In this document: one piece after another, positions 41,523-52,068 of the stretch
How positions within the stretch are numbered: the stretch's first letter is position 1
Layout of the letters: each line of letters begins with the position of its first letter
Source of the DNA: an uncultured Chloroflexia bacterium
GTDB lineage: Bacteria; Chloroflexota; Limnocylindria; Limnocylindrales; CSP1-4
Direction of reading: 5' to 3'
Assembly (NCBI GenBank): GCA_963749705.1
Contig: CAVVNQ010000008.1
Location: forward strand, 160,001-224,000
DNA: 64,000 bases
The notes under the pieces: generated by a model
The model's input: only the letters and a program-made list of their open reading frames with translations
Databases searched by the model: none
Told to the model about the DNA's origin: nothing
Position numbers and translations under genes: made by a program

Positions 41523-41644
41523 GCTGGCGCTCCGATATCACGAAAGTTGCTATCCAACGGTAGCACGATATCGTCGATCGAGCAACGCCCGGCTCGGGGT
41601 TGGCCGGCTCGATGGATGCCCGCCCACCGGCCTACCATGCGGCC

Positions 41645-42709
41645 ATGAGCGACCTCGATCCGCGCACGCTGCGCGCGCTCGTCCGTGCGATGCCCAAGGC
41701 GGAGCTGCACCTCCACCTCGATGGCTCGCTGCGCGTGGACACGGCGCTGGACATCGCCCGGACCCGAGGCGTGGACGCGCATCGCACGTTCGAGGGGATG
41801 CGCGCCGCGCTCGTCGGGCCGGACCAGGCGGCCGACCAGGCGCAGCTGCTGCTCGCGTTCGACCTGCCGATCGCCCTGCTCCAGGACGCCGAGGCGCTGG
41901 AACAGGCGGCCGCCGACCTGGTCGAGGACAAGGCGTTCGACAAGGTGCGCTACGTCGAGATCCGCTGGGCCCCGTTGCTCCACACGACGGGAGGCCTCAC
42001 CGGCCGCCAGGTCGTTGACGCCGTCGCGCGGGGCGCCGGCTCGATGGCGCGCCGGACGGGGGTGGAGGTGCGCCTGATCGCGACGCTGCTGCGGTCGCAT
42101 CTGCCCGAGGTCAACCTCGCGTTCATCGAGGACCTCGAGGCGCGGGGGCTGCCGGCGGGCCTGGTGGGCGTGGACCTGGCCGGCCAGGAGGCCCGGTTCC
42201 CCGATCCCGAGCGGCATCGCCCGGCGATCGACCTCGCGCGCCGGATCGGGCTCCACGTGACCCTCCACGCCGGCGAATGGGGCGGCTCCGCGCAGGTGCG
42301 TCGGGCCCTGACCCTGGATCCGGAACGGATCGCCCACGGACCGCTCGCGATCGACGATCCGGAGCTCGTCCGCGACCTGGCCACGACGGGGGTGTGGCTG
42401 GACCTGTGCCCCACCTCGAACGTCCAGGCCGGCATCGTGCCCACGCTCGCGGATCATCCGCTCGCCCGGCTGCTGCGGGCCGGCGTCCGGGTCACGCTCA
42501 ACACCGACGACCTCACGGTTTCCGACGTGTCGCTGTCCGACGAGTACGTGCGCGCGGTCGAGCACATCGGGCTCACGGTCCGTGAGCTGTGGGGCGTGGA
42601 CCTGGCCGCGCTCGACGCCGCCTTCTGCGACGAGCCGACGCGAGAGCGGCTGCGCGCCCAGTTCCTCGCCTGGGGCGCCGGGATCCCGGAGCTGGCGCCA
42701 ACCGACTGA
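41645..42709 (+). CDS. add: Adenosine deaminase
   Basis: 'PKAELHLHLDGS', 'YVEIRW', 'DLAGQE', 'HAGE', 'RIAHG', 'CPTSN', 'NTDD'. Confidence 0.93.
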   Translation: MSDLDPRTLRALVRAMPKAELHLHLDGSLRVDTALDIARTRGVDAHRTFEGMRAALVGPDQAADQAQLLLAFDLPIALLQDAEALEQAAADLVEDKAFDKVRYVEIRWAPLLHTTGGLTGRQVVDAVARGAGSMARRTGVEVRLIATLLRSHLPEVNLAFIEDLEARGLPAGLVGVDLAGQEARFPDPERHRPAIDLARRIGLHVTLHAGEWGGSAQVRRALTLDPERIAHGPLAIDDPELVRDLATTGVWLDLCPTSNVQAGIVPTLADHPLARLLRAGVRVTLNTDDLTVSDVSLSDEYVRAVEHIGLTVRELWGVDLAALDAAFCDEPTRERLRAQFLAWGAGIPELAPTD

Positions 42710-42725
42710 CCCGGGCGAGCGCGCG

Positions 42726-43568
42726 TCAGGCCGCGGCCAGCTCCTCGAGCGCCCGGCTGAGCTCTGCCGCGTCGGCGGCGACCTTCGTCGGGCGCTGGTC
42801 GGGCGCCAGCGCATCGGCGGCCGCCCGGCTGGTGACCCCGGTGAGCATGAGCACGGTGCGGACGCCGACCGCACGCCCGGCCGTGATGTCGGTCAGCGCG
42901 TCACCGATCATGACCGCGCTCGCGAGGTCCCCTCCGGCGGCGTGCGCCGCGGCCTGGAGCAGGTACGGCTCGGGCTTGCCGATCGAGAGCAACGGGGCCG
43001 TCCGCGCGGCCGTCTCGACCGCCGCCACCACCGACCCCGCCCCCGGCCGAAGCCCGCGCTCGGTGGGGTAGACCGGGTCGCGATTGGTGGCGATGAACCG
43101 CGCGCCGGCCCGGATGCAATCGGCGGCGGCGGCAACGCGCATGTACGTCAGTTGCTGGTCAAGCCCGACGATCACCGCATCGGGGTGACCCGCGGCCGAC
43201 CAGCCGTCGATCCCCTCCTGGCTCATCCGCGTTGCCGCGTGGGCAGCGGCGACGACCTCGAAGCCCGCCTCGCGGAGCTCTCGATCAAGCCCGCTCGCGC
43301 CGACCGCGAGGACGCGACGCACGTCGGGAAGATGGTCCCGCACGTGGATCGCCGTTGCCCGCGCGGAGGTGACCACGCAATCCGGCCCGACGGGCGCCCC
43401 GTGACCGGCCAGCCGGCTTGCATAGTCGGCGTGGTAGTACATCGAGTTGTTGGTCACGTACACCACGTCATCGCCGAGCTCGGCGCGGGCCGCGAGCGCG
43501 GGGCCGACGCCGGGGACGGACTCGGACGCGCGATACACGACGCCGTCGAGATCCACGAGGAGAAGCAC
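42726..43568 (-). CDS. HAD-IIA family hydrolase (NagD-like)
   Basis: 'DLDGVVY', 'VTNN', 'ATNRD', 'GKPEP', 'MIGD..TDI..G'. Confidence 0.9.
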   Translation of the reverse strand: MLLLVDLDGVVYRASESVPGVGPALAARAELGDDVVYVTNNSMYYHADYASRLAGHGAPVGPDCVVTSARATAIHVRDHLPDVRRVLAVGASGLDRELREAGFEVVAAAHAATRMSQEGIDGWSAAGHPDAVIVGLDQQLTYMRVAAAADCIRAGARFIATNRDPVYPTERGLRPGAGSVVAAVETAARTAPLLSIGKPEPYLLQAAAHAAGGDLASAVMIGDALTDITAGRAVGVRTVLMLTGVTSRAAADALAPDQRPTKVAADAAELSRALEELAAA

Positions 43569-43591
43569 GGGGTCGATGCTACCGTCTGTCC

Positions 43592-44221
43592 ATGGTCGCG
43601 GCTCCCCGCTCCCCGCTCGAAGGCACGGATCGCCTGATCGTCGACGGCACGAACCTGCTGTACCGGCTCGGATCGATGGCGCGCGGCGCGACGGGGTCGG
43701 CGGGCGTGCCTGCGCCACCCGCCGCGATCATCGGGCGCGTCCGGGCGGCGATCCCGGCAGCGATCACGATCGACCTCGTGTTCGATGGCATCGGCCACGG
43801 CGTCAAGGGCCGGGTCGCCCAGGGGATGTTCGTGCGCTACGCCGGGCGGCGGCCGGCGGACGACCTGATCCTCGACCTCGCGGCGTCGGCCGAGACCGGC
43901 GCTGACCCCGCCGCATCGGCGAGGCTCCTCGTCGTCACCAACGATCGGGACCTGCGGGCGCGGCTCGAATCGCGGGGCGTGCGAAGCCGGCCCGTGGTGT
44001 GGCTGACCAACCGACTCGACATGCCGCGGCTGTCGTCGCCTGCCCCGGGCAACCGGCGGGCACCCATCGGACAGGGATCGCCCGGTGGGCCGGTCGGCGT
44101 CCCTGACATGGACGATGACAACGACCGGCGCGGCTGGCGGCCCGGACGGGGCGCGACGACCAAGACCGGGCCGGCCCACAAGATCGCGCGCCACAAGCGC
44201 CACCCAAGGCACACCGCCTGA
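43592..44221 (+). CDS. NYN/PIN-domain (YacP-like) RNase
   Basis: 'LIVDGTNLL', 'LVFDG', 'ADDLI', 'VVTNDRDL'. Confidence 0.8.
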   Translation: MVAAPRSPLEGTDRLIVDGTNLLYRLGSMARGATGSAGVPAPPAAIIGRVRAAIPAAITIDLVFDGIGHGVKGRVAQGMFVRYAGRRPADDLILDLAASAETGADPAASARLLVVTNDRDLRARLESRGVRSRPVVWLTNRLDMPRLSSPAPGNRRAPIGQGSPGGPVGVPDMDDDNDRRGWRPGRGATTKTGPAHKIARHKRHPRHTA

Positions 44222-44324
44222 GCCGGACGCTGGGCACGTCGCCGGACGGCGGTGCGACGACGCCGTCGCGCACGCCCTCGACACGTCGCGCACGCCCTCG
44301 CGAGCACGCTGGTAGCATGCGCGC

Positions 44325-44798
44325 GTGATCGTCAGCCAGCTTGAGCAGATCTGGAACGGCGTCCTCGGGCTCCTCGCGGTGTTCGTCACGCCCGACTGGA
44401 AGGACCCCATCTCATGGCTCCCCGACCTGCTCCTCGTGGGCGTCGTGGGGCCGCTGCTGACCCTGCTGGTGCTGGCCTGGCTCCGCTACGGCATCCTCAG
44501 GCCACGACCGAAGACGGCCTATGTCGATCCCCGGCGGGCGGCTGCGCTCGACGCGGCTGGGCGGCCGGTCTACCCGGCGGGTGAGCCGTACAGCCCTCGC
44601 GAGCAGATGATCTACGAGCCCGGAGCCACCCGTTCGTCGGGCGGCGAGGAGCTCGTCGTCGCGTGCCCCAAGTGCGGCCTGGTTCGGCCCGCCACGATGG
44701 ACACCTGCGGCAACTGCGGGCTGACGTTCAGCCTCAAGCCGACCACACGCTCCCTCCGCCCGGCCGGACCGCCGCCGGGCGGTGCCGCCGCCGCCTGA
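44325..44798 (+). CDS. Membrane protein with C-terminal Zn ribbon
   Basis: Hydrophobic segments; CPKC...CGNC; TAGCAT lies 6 nt before the GTG. Confidence 0.7.
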   Translation: MIVSQLEQIWNGVLGLLAVFVTPDWKDPISWLPDLLLVGVVGPLLTLLVLAWLRYGILRPRPKTAYVDPRRAAALDAAGRPVYPAGEPYSPREQMIYEPGATRSSGGEELVVACPKCGLVRPATMDTCGNCGLTFSLKPTTRSLRPAGPPPGGAAAA

Positions 44799-44845
44799 CC
44801 TCGGCCGGGAGACCGGCCACCTGACCTCGGCCGGGAGACCGGCCA
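44794..44845. repeat. Exact 26-bp tandem duplication; each copy is a GGCCGG-GAGA-CCGGCC hairpin
   Basis: cctgacctcggccgggagaccggcca x2. Confidence 0.9.
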
Positions 44846-44931
44846 CCGGCCGCATGGCCCTCCAGCCTCCGCCGGCCTCATCCGCGGTCCACCGGGCGAC
44901 CGGTCGGGCCCCCAGCGTCCCGGGATACGAC

Positions 44932-45870
44932 ATGGCACAGGCATCCTCGATCCTCTTCGTGCTCGGCTCCATCGCCGTCGCCATCGGCTTTGCGGCGCAC
45001 GTCGCCCATGCGGCGCTGCTCGCGAACGGGCGTCGTATCGTCGCCTTCTCACCAGCCTCGATGCCTGCCTTTGCGGCCGAGGGCGTGTCGGGATCGTTCG
45101 TGGCCGCCCGTGCGTCGGCCGCCGGAGCCGAGCTGGATCTCTCGGCCTCGCCGACGCCGCTGTCGCGTGCCGCGACGCTGATCACGGTGGCGGCATTCGC
45201 GCTGCTCATCGGATCGCTCGTGTCGCGCTCGATCGTGGTCGGCCGCGGGCCGTACGGCAACCTGTACGAGTTCAGCGTCGCGTTCGGGACGTCGATCCTC
45301 GGCGGCTACCTGTTCCTGGCTCGCCGGTACCCGATCCGCCAGATCGGGTTCATCCCCACCGGGGTCGCCCTGGCGATGCTCCTGTACGCGTCGTCGCTGC
45401 CGTCGCAGATCGAGGCCCTGGTGCCGGCGCTCCAGTTCCCGGCGATGCTCACGATCCATGTCGGGATGGCGGTCATCTCGTACGGGATCTTCGCGACCGC
45501 CTTCGCGGCCGGCGTCGGCTACCTGGTCCAGGGCACCCACGACCGCTTCGCCTGGCTGCCGTCGCACAAGACGCTGGACGAGGTCGCCTATCGGGCCGTG
45601 ATCATCGCGTTCCCGATCTTCGCGACGATGATCATCCTCGGCTCGTGGTGGGCCTCGATCGCGTGGTCGCGCTACTGGGGCTGGGACCCCAAGGAGACGT
45701 CGGCGCTGGTGACCTGGCTCACCTACGCGATCTACCTCCACGCCCGCAACCAGCGGCGATGGGCGGGGCGGCCCGCCGCGCTGCTGCTGGTGGTCGGCTT
45801 CGGGATGGTGCTGGTGACGTACTCGGGGAGCCTCTGGTTCAACGGGCTGCACGCATACAGCGGGCTGTAG
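44932..45870 (+). CDS. ccsA: Cytochrome c biogenesis protein CcsA/ResC (system II)
   Basis: 'PYGNLYE', 'LTIHV', WWD motif 'WASIAWSRYWGWDPKETSAL', 'GLHAY'. Confidence 0.93.
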   Translation: MAQASSILFVLGSIAVAIGFAAHVAHAALLANGRRIVAFSPASMPAFAAEGVSGSFVAARASAAGAELDLSASPTPLSRAATLITVAAFALLIGSLVSRSIVVGRGPYGNLYEFSVAFGTSILGGYLFLARRYPIRQIGFIPTGVALAMLLYASSLPSQIEALVPALQFPAMLTIHVGMAVISYGIFATAFAAGVGYLVQGTHDRFAWLPSHKTLDEVAYRAVIIAFPIFATMIILGSWWASIAWSRYWGWDPKETSALVTWLTYAIYLHARNQRRWAGRPAALLLVVGFGMVLVTYSGSLWFNGLHAYSGL

Positions 45871-45920
45871 CAGCCTTCGGCGGCGGCCATCCTCGACGGC
45901 GCTGGCGCGCACAGTCCCGT

Positions 45921-46010
45921 CCGCGATGAGCCTCCGCGCATCACACGCGGCGACGGCGCGGCCGAACCGGGTGCTGCCCGCGATGAGCCTCCGCGCATCA
46001 CTCGCGGCGC
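45921..46010. repeat. Two near-identical direct repeats, 57-bp period (ccgcgatgagcctccgcgcatcacWcgcggcg)
   Basis: Copies at 45921 and 45978; internal dyad CCGCG..GATG-N10-CATC..CGCGG. Confidence 0.85.
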
Positions 46011-46109
46011 GGCCGCCAGGGGAGCGGGAGGCCGGCGCTCAGGCGAGGCGTAGCCGCCGGTAATCGGAAGCGAAGCCGGCGATAAGCCGGTTCGGCCATC
46101 CTTCCGGAC

Positions 46110-46841
46110 ATGAAGGACTCGCGCCTCGGGGCGGTGGTCCGCGCGGTGCGGGTCCGCCGAGGCCTCCGACAGCGTGACGTGGCGGACCTTGCGGGCACCT
46201 CCCAGGACGCGGTTTCGCGACTCGAGCGGGGCCTGATCGGTGGGATCACCATGGATCGGATCCGCACGATTGCCGATGCTGTTGGCGTGCAGGTGGAGCT
46301 CGACCCGCGATGGCGGGGTGGCGAGCTGGACCGGCTGCTCGGTGCCCGCCACTCGGCGCTGCACGAGGCCGTCGCCGCCCGGTTCGCGGCGCTGGCCGGC
46401 TGGTCGGTTGCGCCGGAGGTGACCTTCTCCGAGTTCGGCGAACGCGGGGCGATCGACATCCTCGCATGGCACCCGACCACGAGGACGCTGCTCGTGATCG
46501 AGCTCAAGACCGAGCTCGTCGATGTCCAGGAGATGCTGGGCACGCTGGATCGCAAACGCCGCCTCGCACCCAAGGTCGCGCGAGATCGCGGCTGGGCGCC
46601 GCAGACGGTCGGCGTTTGGGTGATCCTCTCGGAGCATCGAACAAACCGCCGGCGAGTCGATGCCCATCGAGCGGTGCTGCGGGCGGCACTGCCATCCGAT
46701 GGGCGCGCGATGCCGGGCTGGCTGCTTGCACCCCGCGGCCCGATCGCGGTGTTGTCGTTCTGGCCACGGAACGATGGGGTGCGTGGTAACCGACCCATCG
46801 CCAAGGTGCATCGGGTTCGCCGCCCAGGTCGCGCTGCCTGA
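46110..46841 (+). CDS. XRE-type HTH fused to a PD-(D/E)XK restriction-endonuclease-like domain
   Basis: 'RVRRGLRQRDVADLAGTSQDAVSRLERG' HTH; 'PEVTF...GAIDILAW...LLVIELKT' (E...D...ExK). Confidence 0.82.
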   Translation: MKDSRLGAVVRAVRVRRGLRQRDVADLAGTSQDAVSRLERGLIGGITMDRIRTIADAVGVQVELDPRWRGGELDRLLGARHSALHEAVAARFAALAGWSVAPEVTFSEFGERGAIDILAWHPTTRTLLVIELKTELVDVQEMLGTLDRKRRLAPKVARDRGWAPQTVGVWVILSEHRTNRRRVDAHRAVLRAALPSDGRAMPGWLLAPRGPIAVLSFWPRNDGVRGNRPIAKVHRVRRPGRAA

Positions 46842-46842
46842 C

Positions 46843-47136
46843 GAGCGTGGTCCTGGCTGCGGGCTCGCCCTGGCGCGACCAGAACACGGCCACGCAACGC
46901 TGGGGTGCGTCTTTGGCCATTTGATCCTGGCCAAGCACGCATCTCATCGGTATCTGGCCATGTGGGCCTCCCGATCCCCGCCTTGCGACGCTCGTGGTCG
47001 TTAGCTGGCCAACACGCGAGCGGAAGCAGCGAGATACGACGCACGTGATCGTTAGGTGGCCAGGTACCCCGCCGCAGGAGCCGAGCGCGGCCGGGGCGGA
47101 GACGACGAGCGCTGCCGGGGCGGAGACCACGAGCGC
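46843..47136. repeat. Degenerate repeat tract downstream of the HTH-nuclease gene
   Basis: CGTGRTCGTTAGSTGGCCA at 46993 and 47044; further TGGCCA copies at 46914-46960; 24-bp tandem gagcgcKgccggggcggagacSac x2 at 47083-47136. Confidence 0.65.
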
Positions 47137-47166
47137 AACGACGGGCCCACGAGTTGGTGCATAATA

Positions 47167-47178
47167 GAACACCCGTTC
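47167..47178. promoter_or_regulatory. LexA (SOS) box, GAAC-N4-GTTC type
   Basis: GAACACCCGTTC immediately after a CATAAT -10-like hexamer (47160-47165). Confidence 0.65.
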
Positions 47179-47315
47179 TGTGGACAGACCGGAAAGGGAC
47201 GGTGGACAGGCGACACGCCACATGTGGACGACCGGCCCGGCGGCGTGGAAGAACGGCCCGCGAACGTGGACGAGCGGCGCCCCGACGTGGACGACGGGTC
47301 GCTGATCGTGGATGT
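47179..47315. repeat. Seven phased GTGGA(C) motifs, DnaA-box-like, 21-22 bp pitch
   Basis: GTGGA starts at 47180, 47202, 47224, 47245, 47266, 47287, 47308. Confidence 0.75.
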
Positions 47316-47322
47316 CTCGAAA

Positions 47323-47369
47323 ACCCATATGTTGCGATCGGGTGACCCATCGCACCACTACATGTTGTG
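47323..47369. promoter_or_regulatory. Tandem NrdR boxes
   Basis: ACCCATATGTTGCG (47323) and CACTACATGTTGTG (47356), 33 bp apart; match CaCwAyATaTwGtG; upstream of an RNR gene. Confidence 0.85.
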
Positions 47370-47378
47370 GTTTAGGGG

Positions 47379-47408
47379 TTGACCGGCCCTGCCCGCCCGA
47401 CGTATCGT
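47379..47408 (+). promoter_or_regulatory. Sigma70-type promoter of nrdJ
   Basis: TTGACC, 18 bp, TATCGT, directly after the NrdR boxes. Confidence 0.65.
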
Positions 47409-47694
47409 AGTCGGGTCGCCCTGACGCCGGACGACCCTCGAAGCGCCCGAAGCACCCGGCCCGGATGCCGCGTGATCGGACCCACGGAGGACCGGCGGTG
47501 GAACGACCCGACGGACGGTCCCGCAGCTGCACGTCACCCCATCCGTGACGCGGAACCGCCAACCGGACGGAGCCCAAGCTGAACGACGACGTCCCGTCTG
47601 GCACCCGGGACGGCGCCGCCGGCAACGGACCCCCATCCGGGCCGCCGGAGCCACTGGATATCCCGCGCACGCGGGAGCGGAGGAGACGGACGAC

Positions 47695-50874
<3,180 letters not shown>

Positions 50875-50888
50875 GCCAGCGACACCTG

Positions 50889-50926
50889 AACGGGAGCCCG
50901 GGAGCTCGCTCGGGCTCCGTCCGTTT
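50889..50926 (+). terminator. Intrinsic terminator-like hairpin after nrdJ
   Basis: GGAGCCCG...CGGGCTCC stem followed by GTCCGTTT. Confidence 0.6.
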
Positions 50927-51056
50927 GCGGGCCGCAGCGTGCACGACAAGACCGACAGGCCACGTAGGTCCCGTCAGGCAAGATAGCCAAGCAGAAGCGC
51001 TGCGGACCTGCCGACAGGCCCGACGGAGGCAGTTCGAGTTGCTGGGAGAGCGGACG

Positions 51057-52054
51057 TTGCCGACCGGTGAACTTCTGCGGAGACTGCTCAAGGCGTACGC
51101 GGACGACAACGACCGAGCGTTTCGCGAGGCTGCTGGAGCGCTCATCTCGGAAGAGCGCGTAAAGAACCACCGGCTTCTTGCGGACGATCTGGAACGGATC
51201 GTAAATCGCAGGGCAACCCTCGACCGACCGACGCACCTTGCGCACATGGCAGCGCCACCGCGCGACCGAGATCGCGGTCTGCCTCTTGTGGAGATCAATG
51301 AGCCCGATCTCCCATGGTCGCGCATTGTGCTGCCGGAGGATTTGCTAAAGCGGCTCCATCGCCTCGTTGACGAACACCGACGGAGCGAACTTCTCGCGAC
51401 TTCGGGCCTCAGCCCGACGGCTCGCGTGCTCTTCTTGGGCCCGCCGGGCTGCGGCAAGACGCTTGCCGCGCGCGTGATCGCGAGCAGTCTTGACTATCCA
51501 CTGGTGACAGTCCGCCTTGACGTCATCGTCTCATCGCTCCTTGGCGAGTCGGCCGCTAACTTGGCGTCGGTATTTTCGTACCTTAGGACGACCCGAGCTG
51601 TCGTCCTATTTGACGAGATCGACTCCGTAGCAAGGAGCGAAGCGATCCAACGGAGCACGGGGAGCTCAAACGATTGGTCAATGCCCTGCTGCAGCAGATG
51701 GACTCATACGTCGGCGACAGCTTGCTCATCGCTGCAACCAACCATGAGTCCCTCCTCGACTCAGCGGCTTGGCGACGATTCGAGGCCGTCTTCAGATTCC
51801 CACTCCCCGATCGGCAGTCCCGGGAGCTGATTCTTCGGGCGGTTCTGCGAACTTGGAAGTGCGATGGCCAGGACTTGGCGCACGTGGCCGACCGCACGGC
51901 AGGCGCGTCCGGCTCGGACCTCGAAATGATCGCGATGGACGCTGCCCGGAGCGCAGTGCTCGCCTTGGATTCACGGGTCGAGAGACGCCATCTGACGGCA
52001 GCCCTGATGGCATTCCGGGCTCGACTAACCGATGGAGATGCCGAGACAACCTAG
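51057..52054 (+). CDS. ietA: AAA+ ATPase, IetA-like; apparent frameshift near 51640
   Basis: N-terminal 'FREAAGALISEERVKNHRLLADDL'; Walker A GPPGCGKT; Walker B VLFDEID; then 'GELKRLVNALLQ', 'AATNH', 'AAWRRF' in a second frame; directly precedes an S8 protease. Confidence 0.8.
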
Positions 52055-52068
52055 TCGGGGGGGGGACG

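Noticed and set aside
41535-41572. Dyad (GATATC...TGCTAT-N6-GTAGCA...GATATC) between the SDR gene and add as a Rex-like operator
   Set aside because: Does not match TTGTGAA-N4-TTCACAA; weak symmetry, possibly just promoter sequence
47056-47382. 108-aa ORF with VDxRP heptads
   Set aside because: No RBS or recognisable domain, and it overlaps LexA and NrdR sites; the periodicity is better explained at DNA level
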